This document shows, piece after piece, positions 9,640-18,855 of a stretch of 64,000 nucleotides of DNA. The notes under the pieces were generated by a model. The model saw only the letters and a program-made list of their open reading frames with translations. It was not told the DNA's origin and searched no databases. The position numbers and the translations under genes were made by a program. Location of the stretch: contig JBCCNK010000001.1 of the NCBI GenBank assembly GCA_039025875.1, positions 9,147-73,146 on the forward strand. Direction: 5' to 3'. Positions within the stretch are counted from its first letter, which is position 1, and the number at the start of each line of letters is the position of its first letter. The DNA is from Pseudomonadota bacterium (lineage in GTDB: Bacteria; Pseudomonadota; Gammaproteobacteria; Pseudomonadales; Halieaceae).

Positions 9640-10357
9640 CACTTCGATTTCTGGCGGGGTCTTGTGGCGCGTGTCGCTAAGGCATCCCGGTGAAGTCGGC
9701 ATCGACGCGAGCCAAGATATGCTCGCTATCGCTCAGGAGGTTGTGTCTGGTTACGATCCGATGCCTAGACTTCGCGCTTGCAGATTTCCTCCTCTGCCGT
9801 TTGAAGGCGCAACCTTCGACGGGGTCTACGCGGCGCAGGTACTACACCACCTTGAAGACTCGGGAGCGGTTAGCGGGCGTCTTGGCTACCCACGGACCCT
9901 CGAGTACGTTAGGGAAGTCGCTAGTGTACTCAAGCCCGGCGGGCTCATTGCCCTCAATACTTGCACGCGAGATCAGCTCAAAGCCTATTGGCACCTAACC
10001 CAATAGGTCGGCTACCAAAGTAGCAAGCGTCACGAAATCGTTGAACGATACGCGCCCATCGATGTGCTGATAGATTTGCTCGGTAACGCAGGCCTTGAAA
10101 GAATTCGCAGAATCGTTGGGCTGGACGACTGCTGCTATCGCGACCGGAGTGTCTACCTAGATCCTGAGTCAGTTCTGTCGCCTGATGGGCGGAACAATTC
10201 TGCATGGGATCTGCTGAACTGCGCTGAGACAGAGCTCGTGCTGGAGACTATCCGCGAAAAAGTTCGGGACGGCTCGATTTACGGACACATACAAAGCTGC
10301 GATGCCCAGCACAAAGAGTTGGGGTCAACGATCTGGGTGCTCGGTGAAGAGGCCTAA
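9640..10357 (+). pseudogene. Degraded class I SAM methyltransferase
   Basis: GIDASQDML, LPFEGATFDGV, QVLHHL, VLKPGG. ORFs 9662-10006 and 10064-10357 share a frame and are separated by an in-frame TAG at 10004-10006. Motif I and the start appear corrupted, so the 5' limit is approximate. Confidence 0.7.
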
Positions 10358-11487
10358 CGACATTATCGTTACCGTCCGGGCACCACACCTTGATGGAATG
10401 GCTCGGGTTATGCGGCAGGAGACTGTTGAGCTTCTCGAACATCACGAGGGTCTCGGGCGGCGTCGCCTGAGAATCGCTCTGGTAGCTCGCGGTGCTGATA
10501 ATGTCGTAGGCGCGCTCAGCATCCATAAAGGCTTCGATCCGCTCTCGGGAGACGTGTAGGCGTGTGATGTCCAGGCACGTCAGCAACATCACGCGTTCTG
10601 GTGGTCATTAACTCCAGCGGGGTGACGCTGTGGATGGGGATTCTGGCTGTTATTACCTCAAGGTCATCCTCGTGCCAGTCCCGCTGGCGAGCCTTGCGTT
10701 CAACCCAAAGTTCGTCCGCGGAAATACAAAGCTGGCTGCGCGCTCCGGTGAATCGTTCGTAGTGATAGAGGTACTGAACGATCCACGTGTGTACCAGATC
10801 GTAGAGGTCGTAAGCCAGATAGTTCAGGCCGTTGCTGACCACAAGAGCATGCAGATTCGCAATCATCTGGTGGGACTCAGGGCGCATGCGGATAACCACG
10901 GTGGGGCCATCGCTGCGTTTAGAGAATCGTTTCCCCTCGGTGGATAGTATTAGGACGTATGATTCGGCAATTCGGTGCAGTTTGACGATCAGGTTCCCGA
11001 TGCTCTGCATCGCCGATGGACTGATCGGGTTGCCGCCCGCACGCTCCGCCAACCAATCCCGATAGTGGCTTTGCACGATCAGCACCAGTTCCGCCGCCAG
11101 CTCTTTGTCGACGATCCGGGCGCCCGTTTTGAGTACCCGGACCGCATCGGCGTCATGGACGCCAGCGCTGGAGAACACGATGGCTTTCTAAAAAATCTCC
11201 AGCTGAAGCGGCGATAGCCGCACATAACCTTCCCGTCGCTCCTCGGTCTTCCGACGCCGCTTCAGCCTTTCGGCTACTAACTCGCTTTAGGCGCGGAGTA
11301 CGGGCTTTTGAATCCGTTTGCCCGCCCGTAGCTTTGCCCAGTAACCGCGGGGCGGGGTTGGGACCTAAAGCAGTTTGCACCGCTTGCTGATGGCAACGTC
11401 CGATACGCCCAGCTCCTCGGCAAGCTGCCTCACCGGTTGTCCCCACAACAGGGGAAACAGCTCCTCTCGCGTGAAGTTTTCAAGCAT
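10248..11487 (-). pseudogene. Pseudogene of an HTH-like hypothetical protein of the type found in mobile regions
   Basis: From ATG 11487 (GGAG RBS): MLENFTREELFPLLWGQPVRQLAEELGVSDVAISKRCKLL*VPTPPRGYWAKLRAGK. In-frame stops at 11367, 11289 and 11190; the frame continues into ORF 10516-11178. A probable frameshift leads into 10248-10592, so the 3' limit is uncertain. Confidence 0.65.
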
Positions 11488-11848
11488 ATCTGGCTGCTCC
11501 TTCGATCGTGTATGCGACTCGACGTCGGCTGGCGTCGTACTCTCCTGATGCCCAGTCTGATGCGCAGTGCTATTTTCGATGCACGGTGGTCGTTAACGAC
11601 GTCAAGCAGGAAACAGGATCAGGGTAGATCGGATTTCTTGCGGCCGTGTCGCTTTGTCGTGCGTAGCGTTGCCTGGTGTTGCATGGAGAGTCCGCCATCA
11701 CCAGAAATTCCGGGTACGCCGATCTGGCCACGGAACCTTCAGTGTGAAATCGTCCGGGCCTCGCAATGGTCCAGGGCACCACCTTAGGAACACAATCAGG
11801 AGTCACCACCCAGCCAACCCCACTTTTTTACCCTTAACCAGGAGATGC

Positions 11849-13360
11849 ATGAGCATGGATGCGAACTGCACATCGGGAATGGATTCCCACGACAATACGG
11901 TCAGCGCACTGGTCAGTTTGGCGATCAGCCGTATCCGACCTTTTGAATACTCTCCCCGGCGGCGCCCGCACGAGGCTCGCCTGCGACTCGTGCAATCGAT
12001 TCGTCAGCATGGACTGGACCATGCGTTGGTTGTCACGCAGCCACCGGGTTCGAGGAACTATGTCCTCGCCGCCGGCGGCACAACGCGACTTTCCGTGCTC
12101 CGTGAGCTCGCCGCAGAAGCCGGCGGCGCCCGCTTCGCCAAGGTTCCGTGCGTCGTCATCCGCTGGCCCGGTGAGACCGAGCTGATACTCGCGCATCTTC
12201 GGGAGAACGATCTTCGCAGCGAATTGGTGTTCATCGAGCAGGCGCGTGCCGTCGCCCAGTGCAAGCGTTTGCTGGAGCTAGACACGGGGAGGTCGTTCTC
12301 CGATGATGAACTCGCGGCGCAGTTGCACCAGCGCGGCTACGGATTCAGCGGAGCGATCATTGACCAGATGCTCTATGCGACTGGGCGATTACTCGAGGTC
12401 ATACCCGCGGCGCTCGACAGCGGACTGCGCCGCGAAGCGGTGCAGCAGATTCGGTACCTGGACGTGACCGCAACACACCTCTGGACGGCGCACGGTCTCG
12501 ATCCCACGCAACCCTACGATGACACGTTCCTCGCCTTGTGCCGCCGCTACGACGGCCCCGATTGGTCTTTTGAGGACCTCGAAGAGGCCGTCGCCGTGGA
12601 AATCGCCGAGGCAGCCGATGTAAGTATCCAGGCTGTGCGCCTGGCGCTGCGTGCACCAGTGATCGACAACCCAGGTGCTTTAGATTCTGAAGTGCCAAGC
12701 GCTGTTTCCGCCTCTTCAGATTTTGAAGCGCAGACGTGCCCTTCTCAGAACGCTTCGCGCTCGATCAGCCGCGCCTACTCCCGCGGCTTCAACCGGCCCG
12801 TCTCGGGAGAGCGCACGGATCCCGAGGTGCGCGAGCCCGGTGCTGGCGACTATCTGACGAGACCGCCGGCGCCGGCTTTACAACACCGAGACAACGCGCC
12901 CCTGAAATCGGCGCGAGCGCGGTGCTGGACGCTAGCGCTGCGCCTTGCGACCCGCTTTGGCCTCCAGGATCTCGTCGTATCAACGCCCGGCGCTGGCCTT
13001 GGCTACCTGCTGATAGATTACCCAGACAGCGGCTTTCTATCGACGCTCTCGGGGCAGAAGGCCAGGCAGGTCCAGCACATCTGGGACCATCTGGCCACCT
13101 GCTGCGATCTCCCGCGCGCGCCGAGGGAGCATCTTGCGCGCAGGCTGACACCAGGGTCGGCGCTGTACAGCGATCTGCTGTCCGTTGACGGGAGAGCAGG
13201 GCACGTCGGATCGCAAATCAATGACTATCGGCCGCTGCGCTGCCCGTGGGGAGACCTTGAAGAGGCTGCGTGGCGTGACTACGTGGCCCTGATGGATGCG
13301 CGGCAAGCCGCGCATGGCTTCGCAGAGATTCATGGCGTGTGCCTCTGGGGTGCGCAATGA
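11849..13360 (+). CDS. ParB-family protein, PFGI-1 class ICE (BisD-like)
   Basis: IRPFEYSPRR, SIRQHGLD, LAAGGTTRL, LAHLRENDLRSELVFIE. GGAG RBS before ATG 11849, in frame with the listed ORF 11654-13360. Confidence 0.85.
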   Translation: MSMDANCTSGMDSHDNTVSALVSLAISRIRPFEYSPRRRPHEARLRLVQSIRQHGLDHALVVTQPPGSRNYVLAAGGTTRLSVLRELAAEAGGARFAKVPCVVIRWPGETELILAHLRENDLRSELVFIEQARAVAQCKRLLELDTGRSFSDDELAAQLHQRGYGFSGAIIDQMLYATGRLLEVIPAALDSGLRREAVQQIRYLDVTATHLWTAHGLDPTQPYDDTFLALCRRYDGPDWSFEDLEEAVAVEIAEAADVSIQAVRLALRAPVIDNPGALDSEVPSAVSASSDFEAQTCPSQNASRSISRAYSRGFNRPVSGERTDPEVREPGAGDYLTRPPAPALQHRDNAPLKSARARCWTLALRLATRFGLQDLVVSTPGAGLGYLLIDYPDSGFLSTLSGQKARQVQHIWDHLATCCDLPRAPREHLARRLTPGSALYSDLLSVDGRAGHVGSQINDYRPLRCPWGDLEEAAWRDYVALMDARQAAHGFAEIHGVCLWGAQ

Positions 13361-13998
13361 ACGGGTCGAAGGAGGCGGATCTGATGATCGCCGTGATGCT
13401 TTATGCGGTACGGTGTCTCGGCGAGGGCGACCAGCAATCCCTGCGCGAAATGGGGTTGGGCCCCCGCGAGTTGGATGCGCTGAGCGACCTCGAGATGGCC
13501 GACCTGTATCGATTTGGTGCGCTGCGCGCGCATTGCGTGACCATTACTATCGACTGTGATGTCTTCTGGCCTCTGCTGTCGCGGCTGCAGGATGCACGCC
13601 AGAGCGAGGAGCTGCAGCGTGACCTGGTCAAGCGAGACGCCCCCCTGGACATGATGCGGCGCCTATTCGGTATGGGGTCACGAGAGTACACGCGTCTGCG
13701 ACGGGCGTTAGCGGTGGAGCCCGCCGTCGGCCGGCCGCCGGAGCCGGACGAGGAGACGGCCCACCGGTTATGGCGAGCGATCGAAACCGCGATGGCCGGT
13801 CGTGACGGCTATGAACTGCTGCCCATCCATTATCTGCAGATCTGCGAGACGACCGGGGCATCGCTGCGCAGTGTCTGGCGCTGCGCGAAACGCTGGGCCG
13901 ACTACACGCCGCCCGTGGACCGGCGCAGCGCAGCGGCGAAGGCATCGGGCTCCAAGTCGCCCGCGACATCGACAACGCCACCGGCCCCGTCAACCTGA
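13357..13998 (+). CDS. DUF2857-family ICE protein (BisC-like)
   Basis: CLGEGDQQSLREMG, APLDMMRRLFG, VGRPP, SLRSVW. ATGA overlap with the ParB-like gene. Confidence 0.8.
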   Translation: MNGSKEADLMIAVMLYAVRCLGEGDQQSLREMGLGPRELDALSDLEMADLYRFGALRAHCVTITIDCDVFWPLLSRLQDARQSEELQRDLVKRDAPLDMMRRLFGMGSREYTRLRRALAVEPAVGRPPEPDEETAHRLWRAIETAMAGRDGYELLPIHYLQICETTGASLRSVWRCAKRWADYTPPVDRRSAAAKASGSKSPATSTTPPAPST

Positions 13999-14004
13999 GG
14001 CGGT

Positions 14005-15231
14005 GTGTCCATCCCAACGGGGAGCTTTCAGGCGCCCCCACCGGAGATCCGCGCGCTCGATGCCTGGATACAGGCGATCATGGCCTTGCAAGGTGTCGAG
14101 GACGACGGCGCGGTCGGTGGCAGCCTGCTGATACTGGCGCCACACCTACACTCGATCCCGGCGGCGGTCATCCACGATGCCACGCTCAGTCCCGTCGATA
14201 GGCTGGCCTGGATGGTGATCTTCCAGGCCGCGGTCGAGGGTGGGGGTACGGCCGCCTTCCCCTCGTATCGATCGCTCACGACAACCGCTAACCTAGGCTC
14301 GAGTGCCACGGTTTCCCGTGCGCTGGCGTCCCTGCGCATCCTGCGCTGGATGACGGTCAGCAGGCGCAAGGCGGCGGGGGAGGGCACCGGGGGTCTCACC
14401 GTCTACACGCTCCATGGGCATGCGCTGACGGTGGCCGATACGCTGCTGCTGGATCCCGGGTACCTGGCTTACCTCGAAGGTGCCCGTACTCATCACCACG
14501 CTCGTGTCCGTGCGTTGGCAGGGACCGAATGGTCACGATCCCAAACCAAGAACACCGCCGCTACGGCGTTGGCGTCTGAACGCCGCCCCGCGGTGACAGT
14601 CTGCGGCCATGAGAGTGGTGCCTCGGGGTCAGCGACTTCAGCGACTGAAGCGCTTCAGAATTCAAAGCGTCGTAGTAGTAGTAATAAACAACTACGTAAA
14701 CAACCTAATCAAAAAAAACAAAAAAAACAAAAAAAGTACAACAACAACCAGAACCCCGCTCCGAACTCCGCTACGGAGCACGTCGCGCGCGAGGCGGTCG
14801 ACGACCAGGGCCTCGTGTTTCCAGCGCTATTGCCCTCGGAGTTGCACCGGGTGGCGCAGGGCTACCTCGCCAAATTGCCGGAAGACGCTCGCCAGGCGGT
14901 GCTTGATGAACTCGCCGGCCGACTGGTCAACGCGCAAGCTGGCGATTCGCCCGTGCGCGACCCGCTGCGGTATCTGCAAAGTCTCTGCGGTCGTGCGCGC
15001 CGCGGCGAATTCGTGCCGAACCTCGGTATTGCCGTGCGCGACCGCCGCGAGCGGACGTCCACGGTGTCACCGCGCGCCGAGGCCCCTGCAGGACTACCGG
15101 AGCGGCAAGAACCGGCTGACTGGGAAGCGGCACTGCGAGTCCTCGCGGAGATACGGGAGTCCCTCGGCCAGTCGTTTCGGGCGAGCACCGCTACGCCGCC
15201 GAGTGGCAACCGAAAGCCGCCCGATCGGTAG
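14005..15231 (+). CDS. STY4528-like HTH replication protein of ICEs
   Basis: IPAAVIHDATLSPVDRLAW, AFPSY, TVSRALASLRILRW, RQAVLDELAGR, VRDPLRYL; S/N/K-rich linker. Confidence 0.8.
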   Translation: MSIPTGSFQAPPPEIRALDAWIQAIMALQGVEDDGAVGGSLLILAPHLHSIPAAVIHDATLSPVDRLAWMVIFQAAVEGGGTAAFPSYRSLTTTANLGSSATVSRALASLRILRWMTVSRRKAAGEGTGGLTVYTLHGHALTVADTLLLDPGYLAYLEGARTHHHARVRALAGTEWSRSQTKNTAATALASERRPAVTVCGHESGASGSATSATEALQNSKRRSSSNKQLRKQPNQKKQKKQKKYNNNQNPAPNSATEHVAREAVDDQGLVFPALLPSELHRVAQGYLAKLPEDARQAVLDELAGRLVNAQAGDSPVRDPLRYLQSLCGRARRGEFVPNLGIAVRDRRERTSTVSPRAEAPAGLPERQEPADWEAALRVLAEIRESLGQSFRASTATPPSGNRKPPDR

Positions 15232-15333
15232 GTTTGCCAATAATCGGCGACAGGGTCGGGTGGGGTTTCTCCTCGTCGCTCCTGTCTCGATGTGGGTTCA
15301 TGGGCGCTGAGCCCCTAGCGCTGGATTGGATCC

Positions 15334-16218
15334 ATGGACTCGCAACCGTTCATCCCATCGAAAATGCCGCCGAGCACTTCATCGAATACGCCGTCGCCCG
15401 AAAGCCACAGCGCGGAATCGGCACCCGATCCCGCTGCGCCGGTCCCCGGCAAACTCCTCGGCACGGCGACGCTGACGCTGCAGACGCAGCAGGCGGCACG
15501 CCTGGTGCGGGGCCGCGCGAAAACGAGCGACAAGCCGGCAATCATCGGACTGCTCAGCTTCGCGGCGATGTGCCGGACGATCTGGCACGGAGTGCGGGCT
15601 GACGACCCCTACGCGGACTGGTGGCGCCTGAAGGTGGACGGTGCCATTCGCGAGGCCCGCGCGGTGCTCGATCGGGAGCGCCGGTCCCTGGATCCGCTGT
15701 TCGCACGCGACGGCGCGGTCGCTGTACAGCCGGCGCGATCGGAAAAGCCCGTGCGCATTGCCCTGAACTTTACCAATCCCGACGCCTTTCGTGCCGCCCA
15801 GGTCATCGGCCATTTCGACGGTCTGGCCTGCGGCCTACTTTCGCTGGCTCACGCGGGGACCCTCGGCCGCGACGAAGCCCGCCATCGCCTCGAGCGGAGC
15901 GGTCGCGCAGTCCGTCGGGTGCTGCAAAGTGCGGTCGGCTACCGTTACCTTGGTCTTGATCGGTCCGCGGTGCGGCAGGGCACGGCCTTGGCGGTGCAGG
16001 CCCGAGAGGTGATGGGCGACTGCCCCCAGTCGCTGCTCGACAAGGCGTACCGGCACCCTGTGCACAGACCGCCCCAACCCGGCGCAGCGACCGCCGGTAC
16101 TGAAAGCAACAGCGTCGATCCAGACGGAGCACAGTCGATCGATGAACTCGCCGGGCCAGTCGGAATTCCTCGCGTCCCCGATGCGGACTCCCACTGCGAG
16201 GACGACCATGAGCCGTGA
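15334..16218 (+). CDS. PFL_4669/DUF1845-family ICE protein (InrR-like)
   Basis: LTLQTQQAARLVRGR, KPAIIGL, DDPYADWW. Confidence 0.85.
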   Translation: MDSQPFIPSKMPPSTSSNTPSPESHSAESAPDPAAPVPGKLLGTATLTLQTQQAARLVRGRAKTSDKPAIIGLLSFAAMCRTIWHGVRADDPYADWWRLKVDGAIREARAVLDRERRSLDPLFARDGAVAVQPARSEKPVRIALNFTNPDAFRAAQVIGHFDGLACGLLSLAHAGTLGRDEARHRLERSGRAVRRVLQSAVGYRYLGLDRSAVRQGTALAVQAREVMGDCPQSLLDKAYRHPVHRPPQPGAATAGTESNSVDPDGAQSIDELAGPVGIPRVPDADSHCEDDHEP

Positions 16219-16565
16219 GCACCCCGATGTCGCAGCATATCCGGCGTCGCGTCACGCTCCGCCTCGATTCCGCCATTCAGACGGAACGCCGAATCCTCGA
16301 ACAACTCGACGCGCTACCCGGGCGCAGTGGGACCGACTGGCTACGGGCCCTGCTAACGCAGGGATACCTTGCCGAGGCGCAGGATCAATCATCCGACCGG
16401 CCGTTAGGCACGCAAACAGTGAAGCCAGGAGCCCCAGCTGTTACTCCCTCGGAAGCCACGCAGAACGCGCAAGTCGCTGCTTCGCAAGCGGAAGCATCCG
16501 CAACACTGTCGACGGCGTCGACCGCCGGAAAGCCGTTTGCCCGACTGCGGGAGCTCGTCGGCTGA
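16215..16565 (+). CDS. Probable ParR/StbB-like centromere-binding adaptor
   Basis: Small protein with a ribbon-helix-helix-like N-terminus (RRVTLRLD...DWLRALLTQG), a low-complexity linker and an amphipathic C-terminal helix; lies immediately upstream of ParM. Confidence 0.6.
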   Translation: MSTPMSQHIRRRVTLRLDSAIQTERRILEQLDALPGRSGTDWLRALLTQGYLAEAQDQSSDRPLGTQTVKPGAPAVTPSEATQNAQVAASQAEASATLSTASTAGKPFARLRELVG

Positions 16566-16587
16566 TGGCTCGGCGAGGGCTCCAGCG

Positions 16588-17598
16588 ATGAGTGCCGTCT
16601 CGGATTCCTCGGCACTGGCGATCGGCATCGATGACGGCTATGCCGTGACGAAACTGGCGTTTCCCGACGGGCAATTACTCGCAATACCGTCTCGTGGACG
16701 GCTGGGAGCGGCGGCAGTGACCTCGGTGAATGGCCAGACTTCCGGCGTCAGCGAGTATCGAACCGACGGCGACACGGTCTCGGTCGGCGGGCGCGAGGGC
16801 GATGCGACAGCCTCGGACGACTACCCGTTCTCGTCATTGAACCGCGCCATCGTTCAGCATGCCCTGCTGGCGGCAGGGCTGTCGGGTCGATCCCTGCAGG
16901 CGGTCTCGGGTCTGCCCGTCGCGCGCTTCTATCGCGCCGACGGTCGAATCCGCGATGACCTGATCGCACGCAAGCGGGCCAGTTTGCAACAGCCCGTCGA
17001 GCCGTTGGACGGCCGGGCGCCCGCGAGCATCTCTCACCATGACGTGATCCCCGAGGCACTTGCGGCCTGGTACGACCATGTCATTACAGAAGACGACGCC
17101 GGCGCTCACCTGGACGACGAACGGCTGCGAACGCCGCTCGCCATCGTCGACATCGGCGGGCGCACGACCGATTTCGTGCTCGTCGCCGACGAAAATCTCT
17201 GGCACGCATCCTCGGGGTCCCTCACATGCGGCCTGCTCGATCTACGCCGGGACATCGCAGGCGTCATTTGCGGCGTGTTCGAGCTCGAGCAGCTGTCGGA
17301 CAGCGCAGTAGACCAGGTATTGGATACGGGCCAGGTGCGGCTGTTCGGCAAGGTGCATGACGTCTCCGCGATCGTATCCGATGCGCGCCGTCAGCTCGCC
17401 GTCCGCATCGAACAGGAGACGCGCCGCCGTCTCGGCCGAGGCGCCGAGCTCGAGCGCGTGCTTTTCGTCGGCGGCGGCAGTGTCGTGCTCGCCGAGGCCC
17501 TGCGCAACTGGTTTGCGAACCAGGTGATCGCTCCTCACGCGGCCTTTGCCAACGCCCGGGGCATGCTCAAGTACCAACGCTACGTCGGCGGCGCTTGA
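16588..17598 (+). CDS. parM: ParM/StbA-family actin-like segregation ATPase
   Basis: IGIDDGYAVTK, VSGLP, VIPEA, IVDIGGRTTD, LFVGGGS, FANARG. Confidence 0.9.
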   Translation: MSAVSDSSALAIGIDDGYAVTKLAFPDGQLLAIPSRGRLGAAAVTSVNGQTSGVSEYRTDGDTVSVGGREGDATASDDYPFSSLNRAIVQHALLAAGLSGRSLQAVSGLPVARFYRADGRIRDDLIARKRASLQQPVEPLDGRAPASISHHDVIPEALAAWYDHVITEDDAGAHLDDERLRTPLAIVDIGGRTTDFVLVADENLWHASSGSLTCGLLDLRRDIAGVICGVFELEQLSDSAVDQVLDTGQVRLFGKVHDVSAIVSDARRQLAVRIEQETRRRLGRGAELERVLFVGGGSVVLAEALRNWFANQVIAPHAAFANARGMLKYQRYVGGA

Positions 17599-17608
17599 GC
17601 TAAACCGA

Positions 17609-17637
17609 TTGATCCGTGGTCACTGCGGTTCAGTGGC
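17609..17637 (+). repeat. 29-bp dispersed repeat, copy 1 (TTGATCCGTGGYCACTGCGGTTCAGTGGC)
   Basis: 28/29 identical to 40064-40092; contains a CACTG-N5-CAGTG inverted repeat. Confidence 0.85.
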
Positions 17638-17810
17638 GGTTACCACAGCGTCGGGTCGTGAGACCGCTGTGGCACCGAAACCGAAAGGCTCCGGTGGCGA
17701 CCGTGATGAGTGCCTGATCAGGCACTCCTTTCAACGCACCCGGTCGGGGACATGCATCCCCGCAGGACGGGCACGCATTCCGACGACTTCAATCTGACAG
17801 GAGACGTGTC

Positions 17811-18206
17811 ATGTCAACGAGCGAGACGAAGTACTTCGATCTGTACACCACGGGCATCGGCTATCTAAGCCGCGTCCGGGAGATCACCAACACCAAAGGC
17901 AACCCTTTCCTGAGCATTACTCTCGCGGCCCTGCGTGGCAACGCGGACGATGCGCAGTACACACACTTCGATTGTGTCGTGTCAGGGCAGCAGGCCAAGG
18001 ACCTGGTCCGACAGCTTCAGCCTGCGGTGGACGGTGACTGCAAGGTCCTCGTCGGCTTCCTACTGAACGACCTTTACGGTCAGCCGTTCGTGTTCCAGAA
18101 CGGCGATAAGGCAGGCGAAGCCGGCGTCAATCTCAAAGCACGGCTGTTGCGCATCGAATGGGCCAAAGTGGACGGCAAGTCCGTCTACACCCGACGCGCT
18201 GCCTGA
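17811..18206 (+). CDS. DUF3577/STY4534-family ICE protein
   Basis: [56 protein letters not shown]. Confidence 0.88.
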   Translation: MSTSETKYFDLYTTGIGYLSRVREITNTKGNPFLSITLAALRGNADDAQYTHFDCVVSGQQAKDLVRQLQPAVDGDCKVLVGFLLNDLYGQPFVFQNGDKAGEAGVNLKARLLRIEWAKVDGKSVYTRRAA

Positions 18207-18216
18207 CAGCCTTACC

Positions 18217-18245
18217 GGCGAGATCCTCGGATCTCGCCACTTTTC
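18217..18245 (+). terminator. Probable intrinsic terminator
   Basis: Palindrome GGCGAGATCC-TC-GGATCTCGCC followed by ACTTTT, just after the DUF3577 stop. Confidence 0.5.
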
Positions 18246-18306
18246 TAATCCCTGCGGGAATCGACCCGCAGGGGCGATCTCCCGCTCAACGCGCAAGGAG
18301 ATTGCC

Positions 18307-18819
18307 ATGAATCAAGACAGCGCCTCTCCCGAGGCGGTATCGGACCGCTTTCACGGTCTCAAGCCCAGTGTCCTCTCGGCCAGCGAGAAGGCGTCGGTCG
18401 TCCGGCTGGCCCTGTCGGTGCTCGCGCAGCGACACCGGCCCGGGCGATTGCTCAGTAGTCCGGATCGAACACGCGACTACCTGCGCCTCAAGCTCGGCGG
18501 TCGTCAACGGGAAGTCTTCGGCACGGTGTATCTGGATGCTCAGCATCGGATCCTGCAGTACGCCGAACTCTTCGAAGGGACCATCGATGGTGCCGCGGTG
18601 TACCCACGCGTGGTAGTGCAGCGTGCCTTGGACGTCAACGCCGCGGCGGTGGTGCTGTTTCATAACCACCCATCCGGGGTGGCGGAACCCAGCGCGGCTG
18701 ATCGAGCGATCACGCAGCGCTTGAAGGACTCGCTGGCACTCATCGACGTCCGCGTACTGGACCACCTCGTGGTCTGTGCCGGGGACGTGGTGTCTTTCGC
18801 TGAACGCGGTCTCGTCTGA
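18307..18819 (+). CDS. radC: RadC-family JAB domain protein
   Basis: [44 protein letters not shown]. Confidence 0.95.
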   Translation: MNQDSASPEAVSDRFHGLKPSVLSASEKASVVRLALSVLAQRHRPGRLLSSPDRTRDYLRLKLGGRQREVFGTVYLDAQHRILQYAELFEGTIDGAAVYPRVVVQRALDVNAAAVVLFHNHPSGVAEPSAADRAITQRLKDSLALIDVRVLDHLVVCAGDVVSFAERGLV

Positions 18820-18855
18820 GGCCGCTTTTTCTCACCTCACTTAATCAGCATTCCT

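Larger units (their letters stand above)
11849..18819 (+). mobile_element. Core (replication/partition/regulation) region of a PFGI-1/ICEclc/SPI-7-class integrative conjugative element
   Basis: Co-oriented ParB-like, DUF2857, STY4528-like, PFL_4669-like, DUF3577 and RadC genes in the usual order; visibly GC-richer than 1-10400. No integrase, relaxase or T4SS genes in the window. Confidence 0.85.
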
